DNA of 40,036 bases from an uncultured archaeon (GTDB lineage: Archaea > Asgardarchaeota > Hermodarchaeia > Hermodarchaeales > Hermodarchaeaceae). Under the pieces are notes generated by a model. That model did not search any database, was not told where the DNA came from, and was given only the letters and a program-made list of their open reading frames with translations. Numbering within the stretch: position 1 is the first letter of the stretch; each line of letters begins with the position of its first letter. Of the stretch, positions 7,378 through 16,634 are shown piece by piece. The position numbers and the translations under genes were made by a program. The stretch is taken from contig CAYFXC010000006.1 of NCBI GenBank assembly GCA_964347045.1, forward strand, positions 1 to 40,036. The letters run 5' to 3'.

Positions 7378-10087
7378 ATTTGTGTTGAATGGCAGCTTGA
7401 GCGGCTGCTAATCTTGCAATGGGTACACGAAACGGTGATGCACTGACATAGTTGAGACCAACAATATGAGAAAATTCAACGGAACTGGGTTCACCAAAAT
7501 GTTCACCACATCCGCCAATTTCGAGCGTAGGATTCGCTTTTCGTCCTTTTTCGATTGCCATTTTCATGAGGGCACCAACTCCATCTCGATCTAGGATTTC
7601 AAAGGGATTGTTTGGGAGAATTCCCCATGTGATATAATGGCGAAGGAATTTTCCTTCTGCGTCATCGCGAGAAACACCATACGTCATTTGTGTTAAATCG
7701 TTAGTTCCAAAGGAAAAGAAATCCGCATATTTTGCCACAATATCAGCGGTCAAGGCAGCTCGTGGGGTTTCAATCATCAATCCGAATTTATAGTCAAGCG
7801 GAGACTTCTTCTCTTTCATCACATCTTTGGCGACTTTTTCTAGTTTCTCGCGTTCTAGCATTAATTCGTTCACGTGGCTGACTAGAGGAATCATAACTTC
7901 CGGATACACCTTAATTCCCTCTTTTGTTACGTTACATGCAGCTTCGAAGATTGCTCGAACCTGCATTTCAGTTAGCCCAGGATATGATATGCCAGCACGA
8001 CAGCCGCGAAGTCCCATCATGGGATTGACTTCCCACATGCTTTCAACGATATCTAACAGATTTTCTGTTTCTTTGAGTTTCTTTTTTAGGCGTTTTTGTT
8101 TAGCTGGAGTTGGATTGTTTTTGATATTAAGTTTGAGTTGACATATTTCCTCATTGAGTTCATCTTTTGTTGGAAGAAATTCGTGCATGGGTGGATCGAT
8201 AAGACGAACAATAACGGGAAATCCATCCATCGCGCGAAAGATATCTTCAAAATCTTCACGTTGAAAAGGAAGAAGTTGATCGAGCAGTATCTGGCGTTCT
8301 GATTCATCTTCTGACATAATCATCTTGACAACAAGGGGACGGCGTTCTTCCTCGAAGAACATGTGTTCGGTTCGACAGAGGCCAATTCCTTCAGCACCAA
8401 AAGCCCGTGCACGAGCAGCATCGTTTGCATTGTCAGCATTGGTCCAAACTCCCAACTTTCGGATTTCATCAGCCCATGTCAGTAGGGTCACTAGTTCACT
8501 TTCTTCATCGAAGCTCGCCTCGATGGTAGAGATTTTTCCTTTGAAGACAGCTCCTGTAGTACCATCAATTGAAATATAGTCGCCTTCACGGACGACTTTA
8601 TCACCAACGCGGAAGCTGCGAGTATCCATATCAATCGCGATTGTTTCACATCCTGCTACACAAGCTTTACCCCAGCCACGTGCTACAACAGCAGCATGTG
8701 AGGTCATTCCTCCCCGTTGTGTCAGAATCCCCTGTGATTCAATCATGCCATGAACATCATCAGGATTGGTTTCTGGTCGTACGAGGATTACTTTTTCGCC
8801 AGCTTGTCCCCGCTCTGCTGCCGTATCAGCATCAAAGATAGCATGTCCAGTGGCTGCTCCGGGAGATGCATTCAGTCCCCATGCGAGAAGATTACCTTTA
8901 TTTTTAGCTTTTTCAACGGCTTCAGGATCAAAACGGGGGTGCAGAAATTGATCAATCTGTATAGGATTAACTCTTAAAATGGCATCCTTCTTTTTAATTA
9001 ACCCTTCATTGACCATATCAACCGCGATTTTAACTGCGGCAAACGCCGTTCGTTTTCCGGTGCGTGTTTGCAGCATCCAGAGTTTTTCTCGTTCAATTGT
9101 AAACTCCAAATCTTGCATATCACGATAATGGCGTTCCAATCGATCTGAAATCTTGATGAATTCCTTCCAAATCTTGGGCATATCATCTTCGAGCTCACTA
9201 ATAGGATGTGGAGTGCGGATTCCTGCCACAACGTCTTCGCCTTGTGCGTTTAGCAAATATTCACCCCAGACTATCTTCTCACCAGTAGCTGGGTTTCGTG
9301 TAAAGGCTACACCTGTTCCACTACGTTCGCCCATATTCCCAAAAACCATGGTCTGAATATTGACAGCTGTCCCCCAATCGTGGGGGATGCCTTCGGCGTT
9401 TCGATAAGCGGTAGCAGGAGCGCCAAACCATGAATTGAAAACCGCTCCAATTGCCTCTCGAATCTGCTCCAAAGGTTCATCAGGAAATTTTTTCCCTAAT
9501 TCGGCTTTATAGAGGGCTTTAAAGTCATGAACCACATCTTTTAACATGGCGACAGTAAGATCTGTGTCGCGACCACCTGAGGTCTTTGCTTTGTATTCAT
9601 CAAGAATGGCTTCAAATTTATGGCGATCAATTTCTTTCACAATGTTTCCAAACATCTGAATCAAACGTCGGTAGGCATCCCAAGCAACCCGTTCATTTCC
9701 TGTAAGCTCCGCAAACCCTTTCAAGACCTTTTGATTCAATCCAATGTTCAAGACTGTATCCATCATTCCAGGCATGGAAACACGAGCCCCGGACCGTGCA
9801 GAGACCAGGAGAGGATTTCTTGAGTCCCCGAGACGTTTTCCCGTGCTTTCTTCAAGTGTCTTAATTGCAGCAAGTACTTGATCCCACATACCCTCAGGAA
9901 ACTGTTTGTCATGAGTAAAATACGCATTACAGGCTTCAGTGGTAATTATGAATCCGGGTGGTACAGGAAGCTTGGCATTTGTCATCTCGGAAAGATTGGC
10001 TCCTTTTCCGCCTAGGAGATTACGCATATCCTTGTTACCTTCACTGAACAAGTAGACCCATTTGGTTGTCAATTTCGAATACCTCAA
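7364..10087 (-). CDS. ppdK: Pyruvate, phosphate dikinase
   Basis: LLGGKGANL, SMPGMMDT, GGMTSHAAVVARG (phospho-His), GIGLCRTEHMF, FSFGTNDLTQ. True start is probably TTG at 10072 after GAGG. Confidence 0.98.
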   Translation of the reverse strand: MRYSKLTTKWVYLFSEGNKDMRNLLGGKGANLSEMTNAKLPVPPGFIITTEACNAYFTHDKQFPEGMWDQVLAAIKTLEESTGKRLGDSRNPLLVSARSGARVSMPGMMDTVLNIGLNQKVLKGFAELTGNERVAWDAYRRLIQMFGNIVKEIDRHKFEAILDEYKAKTSGGRDTDLTVAMLKDVVHDFKALYKAELGKKFPDEPLEQIREAIGAVFNSWFGAPATAYRNAEGIPHDWGTAVNIQTMVFGNMGERSGTGVAFTRNPATGEKIVWGEYLLNAQGEDVVAGIRTPHPISELEDDMPKIWKEFIKISDRLERHYRDMQDLEFTIEREKLWMLQTRTGKRTAFAAVKIAVDMVNEGLIKKKDAILRVNPIQIDQFLHPRFDPEAVEKAKNKGNLLAWGLNASPGAATGHAIFDADTAAERGQAGEKVILVRPETNPDDVHGMIESQGILTQRGGMTSHAAVVARGWGKACVAGCETIAIDMDTRSFRVGDKVVREGDYISIDGTTGAVFKGKISTIEASFDEESELVTLLTWADEIRKLGVWTNADNANDAARARAFGAEGIGLCRTEHMFFEEERRPLVVKMIMSEDESERQILLDQLLPFQREDFEDIFRAMDGFPVIVRLIDPPMHEFLPTKDELNEEICQLKLNIKNNPTPAKQKRLKKKLKETENLLDIVESMWEVNPMMGLRGCRAGISYPGLTEMQVRAIFEAACNVTKEGIKVYPEVMIPLVSHVNELMLEREKLEKVAKDVMKEKKSPLDYKFGLMIETPRAALTADIVAKYADFFSFGTNDLTQMTYGVSRDDAEGKFLRHYITWGILPNNPFEILDRDGVGALMKMAIEKGRKANPTLEIGGCGEHFGEPSSVEFSHIVGLNYVSASPFRVPIARLAAAQAAIQHKYGRK

Positions 10088-10259
10088 GTTTATGATGGTT
10101 TCAAATTATTCGTAGCTTCAGCTCAACCACTCAAACTGCATCCACGACTTTGCAGGAAACTAATAAACGTATTGATTTTTCTTACTAGTGTCCATTGCAT
10201 TATGATATTATCTTAAAGGGAACCTATGAGGATTAATCAAGACTAATCAATTCAATGGA

Positions 10260-11627
10260 TTGTATGACTTTATGTTATCCTATCCTCGACGCCTTGCCTA
10301 TGGTATGGGTCGAACAGGTTCATCATTACTTTTGACATTTGTTGATTTTGCCGGACTTAACATCTATTATTCATTTTTCCTGCTCAACCCTTTCTACGCG
10401 GGACTCGCGGCCGCCATTGGTTTCATCGTTATTGGAATCTCTCATTGGGTATTGGGATATGTAAGTGATCGAACAATTAGCCGATTTGGCCGAAGACGTC
10501 CCTTTATTATAATTGGCGCTCCAGCGCTAGCCATTACAGCATTTCTGATATTTTACCCACAATGGATTATTCCACCCTCCCCAGATCCAATTACTGACCC
10601 CAACTGGCAGCTCATGACTTTTAGTTACTATCTTTTCACGCTTGCATTATTCAAATTCTTTTATGCATTTTTAATCACTGCATACCAAGCTTGGCTCCCT
10701 GAAATTGCAGAGCCAGATGAGCGCCCAAATGTTGCAGCTATCGAAAACACTGCATCATGGATTGGTACCGGCGCTGGTGTGGTGTTAGGGTTTGTGTCAG
10801 GAATTCTCTTCATCCCAATTATTGGACTCCCAACGACAATTGGTCTCATTGTGCTCGTGACAATCTCGATGCTTTGTGTTGTTTTCTATATGCCATCCAT
10901 TCTCTTTGTACGTTCAAGACCTGGTATTGAACCTATTAAACGTTCAATGACAGCTGAAACACGGACAGTCCTTAAAAATCGAAACTATTTGAAATGGATT
11001 TTTATTGTAGGATTCTGGTCTATCACACTTTCAACGATTACTTCAATCATTGTTCCCATGCTCCAAAATGGATTGCTTCTAGATTTCACTCAACTTGCAA
11101 TATCAGCCGGTGTGTTCTTCCTAGCTCTGATGATAATTCCCTTCTTTTTGGCAATGCTCGTTCGTCGAACTAGTAATAGACGCGTTTTAATGGGAGCTCT
11201 TATTCTATTAGCCCTTATACTTCCACTAACAGTCATCCTTGGATTGCCAATACTAGGACCCGTTATTGTGCAGGTTATTGTATTCGGTGTTCCACTTGGT
11301 GGCTGTATTGCCACACTTTATCTGATGCGATACACTGTGATTGCTGATTTTGCCCATAAGGATGAACTTGAAACAGGTGAAGCCCGTGCGGGAATGTATG
11401 AAGGATTTCAAGGAGTCCCCTTGAATATGTTTCAAGCTTTTGGAGCCTCCTTTCTTGGCTGGTTCTTACTACTGCTCCAAATCGATCCAGGTCCACCACC
11501 AGTAAATTATGGCTTCTTCTGGTGGGGACCCGTATTCGCCACATTTCTAGTAATTTCAGCGATTATTCTATACTTCACAGATATTGATCCTGATTTCTCA
11601 GAGTTAGAAAAACCTCTTGGCAAGTGA
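10260..11627 (+). CDS. MFS transporter, GPH/MelB-like family
   Basis: About 12 TM segments; 'GYVSDRTISRFGRRRPF' and 'IADFAHKDELETGEARAGMY' motifs. Confidence 0.9.
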   Translation: MYDFMLSYPRRLAYGMGRTGSSLLLTFVDFAGLNIYYSFFLLNPFYAGLAAAIGFIVIGISHWVLGYVSDRTISRFGRRRPFIIIGAPALAITAFLIFYPQWIIPPSPDPITDPNWQLMTFSYYLFTLALFKFFYAFLITAYQAWLPEIAEPDERPNVAAIENTASWIGTGAGVVLGFVSGILFIPIIGLPTTIGLIVLVTISMLCVVFYMPSILFVRSRPGIEPIKRSMTAETRTVLKNRNYLKWIFIVGFWSITLSTITSIIVPMLQNGLLLDFTQLAISAGVFFLALMIIPFFLAMLVRRTSNRRVLMGALILLALILPLTVILGLPILGPVIVQVIVFGVPLGGCIATLYLMRYTVIADFAHKDELETGEARAGMYEGFQGVPLNMFQAFGASFLGWFLLLLQIDPGPPPVNYGFFWWGPVFATFLVISAIILYFTDIDPDFSELEKPLGK

Positions 11628-11632
11628 CTCAA

Positions 11633-11660
11633 CAAGGTGGCTACTCATAATGCCACCTTG
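11633..11660. terminator. Hairpin between convergent MFS and cofC genes
   Basis: CAAGGTGGC-N10-GCCACCTTG perfect 9-bp inverted repeat filling the intergenic gap. Confidence 0.6.
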
Positions 11661-11664
11661 ATTA

Positions 11665-12345
11665 CTATTTTTCATCTTCTTGAAGGAGAAGATAGGTATT
11701 CAGTTTTTTGATTTTTTTATCAAGTTTAGACAGCACCAGGAGTTGATGGATTGAAGCATCATCATCGATATCCAAAGCGGTTTCCATCGCATGATAGATA
11801 ATGGGATAAGCTCCTTTTGATTCAAGTTCATAGAGATGTTTTTCAAAACTATTTTTGCCAAAATGGAGTTTAAAGGTAGGTGGATAGCTAAAGAAAAAAA
11901 CATTCGTGCCCAAGCCTTTCCAGTCTTTTGCAATTACAGGTCGATGTGATCGGAGACCCGACCAGATGATTTCGTCGAGTACTGCACCTGTTATAAGTGG
12001 TAAATCACCGAGAATAATTAAGGCATGACCTTTTCCTTTTCGACTGAGAAATTTAATGTACTCTGTTAGCTCTCTATTAAGTCCTTGATTGACACTTCGA
12101 TAAATTTCAAACCTAGGAGGAGGATTAGCTATGAGTAGGTCTTCATCACTTGTTACGATTACGATGCGAGTAATCATTTCTGATTGACCGATGGCTTTGA
12201 TTTCATCGGCAAGCATCGATTTCACTAGTTTTTTCCGCTGTGATTCATCCATGCTTTGTGCAAGTCGATGTTTCAAAGAGGGAAGAAATCGGATTGGAAT
12301 AATTGCCACAATATCCTGTAATGACATGAACATCCCAAGTTTCAA
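11665..12345 (-). CDS. cofC: 2-phospho-L-lactate/PEP guanylyltransferase (F420 biosynthesis)
   Basis: 'AIIPIR...KHRL', GLN, GDLP, GTN, 'FGKNSFEKH', 'LDIDD' match the CofC family; fairly divergent. Confidence 0.8.
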   Translation of the reverse strand: MKLGMFMSLQDIVAIIPIRFLPSLKHRLAQSMDESQRKKLVKSMLADEIKAIGQSEMITRIVIVTSDEDLLIANPPPRFEIYRSVNQGLNRELTEYIKFLSRKGKGHALIILGDLPLITGAVLDEIIWSGLRSHRPVIAKDWKGLGTNVFFFSYPPTFKLHFGKNSFEKHLYELESKGAYPIIYHAMETALDIDDDASIHQLLVLSKLDKKIKKLNTYLLLQEDEK

Positions 12346-12349
12346 CTAT

Positions 12350-13048
12350 TCAAACATAATATTCGTATGGATCATATTCATACCCAGGTTTAGATCGATT
12401 TCTCCAAACGCGAATGTAGCGGTAAGTGTTGGCAAAGAGGAATCCGCCCACAAATCCGAATACATGTGCTCCGTGGGCAATTCCAGAACCAAAGGCAAGA
12501 AACATTTGAATGACCTCGAGGAAAAAATAAAGGATAATAATATTCCAAGCAGCGATTGTACGTCCTGTATCACCAGAAACCCCTACAGGACGTCGTGGGA
12601 GAAGATAAGCATATGCAGCCATGATACCAAAAATAGCACCTGATGCACCTATGGTTGGAATATGGACACTAAAAGGGTCAAAGAAAGCTCCAAGAGTAAA
12701 AACAATGAGAATATGACCTAGTCCGCCAACAATACCTGCAAAGATGTAAAGAGCCAGATAGTTGAAAGGATGCATTTCGCGTTCAACTACAGTGCCAAAG
12801 ATGTAGAGAAAATACATGTTGATAAGAAGATGAAAGAAGTCACCGTGCAAAAACTGGCTTGTAACAAGCGTGTACAGGCTTTGACCTAATACAATTTCCA
12901 TAGGAATCAAAGCAAAGGCGTAAGTGATGATTGGATATCCGAGTTGGATTTCAATTGTATAGACAATGATGAAGATGACGGTGTTTAGGAGGATAAGCGT
13001 ATAAGTCAAATAGGATCGGATTGGACGGATAAATTCAGAATAGGACAA
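12350..13048 (-). CDS. Rhomboid intramembrane serine protease
   Basis: 'TSQFLHGDFFHLLINM', catalytic GASG, and 'AHGAHVFG'. Confidence 0.95.
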   Translation of the reverse strand: MSYSEFIRPIRSYLTYTLILLNTVIFIIVYTIEIQLGYPIITYAFALIPMEIVLGQSLYTLVTSQFLHGDFFHLLINMYFLYIFGTVVEREMHPFNYLALYIFAGIVGGLGHILIVFTLGAFFDPFSVHIPTIGASGAIFGIMAAYAYLLPRRPVGVSGDTGRTIAAWNIIILYFFLEVIQMFLAFGSGIAHGAHVFGFVGGFLFANTYRYIRVWRNRSKPGYEYDPYEYYV

Positions 13049-13184
13049 GATGCGTCATCTCAACAATTCCGCTCGGCTAATTTTCTTTATAAACGCTTCA
13101 GAGGAAAAGGCTATTATGCTTTATGTTTTGATTATGGAAACAAGAAAAACGAAATTTATTCCAATATGAAGTATGTGAAATCCT

Positions 13185-13562
13185 ATGGCGCTACGAGATT
13201 TCCTCTACCCTCATCTTGAGGTTCAACTCATTCTTGCCCGAGCTTTGGATGTTGATGAATTGCAGGCTGGTCAAGGGAGCCTTTCGAAAGAGTATCAAGA
13301 ACGTGCAGCGCGAATAACTATTGCTTCTCGTGACGCTCAGCGACTAAACCTCGCTGATGGAGAAAAGGTGGAAGTGAGTTCAAAAATTGGGAGTGTAGTT
13401 GTGGTTGCAAAGCTTCATGAAAAGCAACCTGAAGGAATTGTGGTCATGCAACCGGGTCCTTGGGCTTTTGCTGTCGTAGAATCGATGGTTCCTAGTCAAG
13501 GTACTCAAGTCATTATTAAGTCAACTAAAAGACCAATCACGCCAATTGAAAAACTCCCCTAG
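13185..13562 (+). CDS. fwdD: FwdD/FmdD-like protein (molybdopterin-dinucleotide-binding fold), divergent
   Basis: 'SKEY...AA...D AQRLNLADGEKVEVSSKIGSVVV...PEGIVVMQPGPWA' follows the FwdD layout; canonical TGRTxxQG and PSFK motifs are altered. Confidence 0.75.
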   Translation: MALRDFLYPHLEVQLILARALDVDELQAGQGSLSKEYQERAARITIASRDAQRLNLADGEKVEVSSKIGSVVVVAKLHEKQPEGIVVMQPGPWAFAVVESMVPSQGTQVIIKSTKRPITPIEKLP

Positions 13563-13607
13563 GTTCGAAATGATCTAGTGAAACTACAAGAAATCATCTT
13601 GATTTGG

Positions 13608-15050
13608 TTATTTTTTCCTTGATGAAGGAATACCTTTCTTGCTGGGGATTGGTTTTCGTTTTTTCAGAGCTTCATTTTTGATTGCCGTACAAAGCGGGTC
13701 AACGCGACCTCGTTCGAAAAGCAACCGTAAACGCCAATTCTTTTGGATAATTTCTTGAAGTTTTTGTACACGTTCTTGAGCTTTTTGCCGACTAACTTTT
13801 TCTGTTGACCATTGATCCGATTTTGTTTGAATTCTTGGTGAATGTTTTATGGGTGGGGTTTTGATTACACGCTGGTAAATATCTTTATGCGGTGTTTCTT
13901 CCCCAACGAGATGGTCATAAAACATTCTCGCACGTGCGCGCTCCCAGTCTCTGGCTTTCTCAATTTGGGATAATTTGTAACTGTTACGTGTAACTTTAAG
14001 CACCGTTTCAGGACAAGCATTTTCACAAGCCCCGCAAAAAACGCAAATTTCTTTATTGATGGCTATTTTGTCTTTATCACCAGTGGGATAGATTGCCTTC
14101 GTAGGACAGATATTGAAGCAATTGACACACCCAGTGGGGTCACATTTTTCGAGGTTCTGAATTTCGACAGCGCCAGTTAATGGTAATGATACATCTAAGG
14201 CTTCATAAGGACATTTTTGGGCACAAAGGGTGCAGTCGACACAAAGTCCCTCGTCAATGGTCATAGAGCCTTTCACTTTTGGCTCTTTGATGGTTCGTGG
14301 TGGGGCTTTATCACAGGTTACTTTTACTGCATCGGAAGGACAGATGGTTTCACATAGTCCACAATAGTCACATTGTGTCGTGTCGACTCGGATTCCAAAA
14401 GCAGGAGTAAAATCGGGAGGTTTAGGTTTTTCCTCCGACCAGTAAATAGTAATGCATTCGGGGCAAAGGAGTTCACATAGTCCACACCAGGTGCATTTGT
14501 CTTCAGCAATAGCAATTGTTCCCTTTGCATCAGGTTTTCCATCGGCAACACGTTTGGCAGCCTTTGGATCCTTATAAGAGACTAATTGAGTCTTAGGCAT
14601 AACCTTAACTTCAACGGTGATAGCATCACGAGGACAAAGTTTGGCACATAATACACAGGGTGCACATTTTTCTTCATTGAGTTCATGTTTTCCTTTGAGC
14701 CTAGAGTATTGATTGTCAGCAGGTACATCATCAAATCGGGCTTCGATTGCATTGAATAAGCAGGCTGAATCACAGAGTCCACAAAAAGTGCATTTGTCTT
14801 CATCAATAAGTATTAAGGGAGCACCTTCAAGGCGCCCTGCAGCAATTTCTTGTATTGGACCTAAAGTAATTGCGTCCCATGGGCAGGGAATACAAAGGCT
14901 GCAACCCACACATCGTGAAAGATCATATTTGAAATTTTTATTGAGTAACGAGGTTTTCCAATTATAGCGGATATTTGTATCATCTAAGACTTCACTGGTC
15001 ACTTTGGGGCGTTCGCCCACAATGATACGATCTCGTTGGACTTTAGTCAT
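13608..15050 (-). CDS. fwdF: FwdF-like polyferredoxin (8 x [4Fe-4S]) with basic C-terminal extension
   Basis: Eight ferredoxin motifs: CVGCSLC, CTFCGLC, CAPCVLC, CTWCGLC, CDYCGLC, CVDCTLC, CDPTGCVNC, CVFCGAC. Confidence 0.8.
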   Translation of the reverse strand: MTKVQRDRIIVGERPKVTSEVLDDTNIRYNWKTSLLNKNFKYDLSRCVGCSLCIPCPWDAITLGPIQEIAAGRLEGAPLILIDEDKCTFCGLCDSACLFNAIEARFDDVPADNQYSRLKGKHELNEEKCAPCVLCAKLCPRDAITVEVKVMPKTQLVSYKDPKAAKRVADGKPDAKGTIAIAEDKCTWCGLCELLCPECITIYWSEEKPKPPDFTPAFGIRVDTTQCDYCGLCETICPSDAVKVTCDKAPPRTIKEPKVKGSMTIDEGLCVDCTLCAQKCPYEALDVSLPLTGAVEIQNLEKCDPTGCVNCFNICPTKAIYPTGDKDKIAINKEICVFCGACENACPETVLKVTRNSYKLSQIEKARDWERARARMFYDHLVGEETPHKDIYQRVIKTPPIKHSPRIQTKSDQWSTEKVSRQKAQERVQKLQEIIQKNWRLRLLFERGRVDPLCTAIKNEALKKRKPIPSKKGIPSSRKK

Positions 15051-15122
15051 GAAGAAGGTCCCTTCGCACGTGTTTTGCTATTCAAGCTTTCTGAATCTTT
15101 GCCTATAATGCTTGTTCCCATC

Positions 15123-16505
15123 CTAGGTACAAGCCTTAATTCGTTGTTTTAACTCTCTTTGGCTTCTGAAATACAAACTCACAGCGATTCCAAGAACAAA
15201 CAGAGCCAAGACTATACCCAGAAAAGAAAAAGGAAGATTCACTTGCCGCGGGTTAATTGCCGGTGGCGGAGCATTAGGAATGCAAGTAAGCCAAGCAGTT
15301 CCACCCTGATAGCCATAACTGGAAGTAAAACCTGCTATAACTAGGTCCCCATCCAAACTTTCAATAAGTGATATTCCAAAATCATTGCCTTGATCACCAT
15401 AGATCTTTTGCCAAAGAACAACACCATTATCATTTAGCCGAACGACGATCATATCAGTCCAAAGACTATCCCCGGATTGTGATATCTCGCCTGTGAAAGC
15501 ATAACCTCCATCAGAACAGAGGGTAATCGCCTGAGCTATCTCATCTAATTCTAGACCTATAGTTTGATTCCAAAGTAGAGCCCCATTTGATGTAGTATGA
15601 ACAACTAAGGCATCATAGCGATCTGTTTCGATATCTTGTGTAAATCCCGCGATAGTCAATTCACCAAGGGCATTACTAACAATACTATTCCCCCGATCAT
15701 ATCCTGCACCTCCAAAGGTTCGATTCCATTCGACCATACCTTGGAAATCGGTTTTTACTACCCACATTCCTTCCCTTGCATTTCCATAACTTTGTGTGAG
15801 TCCGGTAAAAGCTATTCCTTGATCCGCTACCAAGGACATTGAATAGAACCACTCGTCCTCTAATCCCCCGTATTCACGGTACCATTGTAATATACCGTTT
15901 CCATCAAGACAAATTGCGAGGCCATCTAAAGGATTTGTGGGTCGGTAATGCCAAGCCCACCCACATATAACTAAATTTCCGGTTGGTAATTCCATTATTG
16001 CGTGGGCTTCTTGTTGTTCAGTGAACTTTAGAATCCGTTCCCATATTAGATTCCCATCAGGGTCTGTTCGAAATACGAAGGCATAAGAGGATCCATTATC
16101 AATAACTCCTGCTACAGCTAAATCATTATTCTGGCACTCAATCACTGATTGTCCCCTACCGCGGTAATTGCCACCATACAAACGTTCCCATTCAATATTG
16201 CCATCAGAATCTATTTTGGTCATCCAAACATGCTCATCTCCAAGACCTGCTGTTGATTCTATTTTGTATCCAGTTACTACAAATCCACCCAATCGACTTT
16301 CAATAATAGAGTGTGCCTCTCGTGACTCGTGACTATTAAAGAATTGATTCCAGATTTGATCATTTTCACGCTTAAGATAGATTCCAGAAAGCGTTTGAAT
16401 GCTGTGTGTATGAATAGAAGTAAGAGTCGAAGGTGGAAAAAACCACAAAGGAATGTTTATCGAAAAGAGTAACAAAATTAAAAGCAGCCCATCGATTCTC
16501 TGCAA
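15123..16505 (-). CDS. Membrane-anchored repeat (beta-propeller-like) surface protein
   Basis: Signal/TM N-terminus; tandem ~50-aa repeats 'D-x-x-G-x-x-x-W-x-x-x-(Y/F)GG...D-x-G-x-SI'; C-terminal TM helix. Confidence 0.85.
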   Translation of the reverse strand: MQRIDGLLLILLLFSINIPLWFFPPSTLTSIHTHSIQTLSGIYLKRENDQIWNQFFNSHESREAHSIIESRLGGFVVTGYKIESTAGLGDEHVWMTKIDSDGNIEWERLYGGNYRGRGQSVIECQNNDLAVAGVIDNGSSYAFVFRTDPDGNLIWERILKFTEQQEAHAIMELPTGNLVICGWAWHYRPTNPLDGLAICLDGNGILQWYREYGGLEDEWFYSMSLVADQGIAFTGLTQSYGNAREGMWVVKTDFQGMVEWNRTFGGAGYDRGNSIVSNALGELTIAGFTQDIETDRYDALVVHTTSNGALLWNQTIGLELDEIAQAITLCSDGGYAFTGEISQSGDSLWTDMIVVRLNDNGVVLWQKIYGDQGNDFGISLIESLDGDLVIAGFTSSYGYQGGTAWLTCIPNAPPPAINPRQVNLPFSFLGIVLALFVLGIAVSLYFRSQRELKQRIKACT

Positions 16506-16634
16506 TCGACGTAAACCTCGTTATGAAATCTTTGAAGAAAATTGGACTACTATAGATTAAAAATCATTTTGCTAGGTGACTATCATTCTCTTTTCCCCAC
16601 AATATTGAGCGAAAAAGTGATTTGAATATTTACG

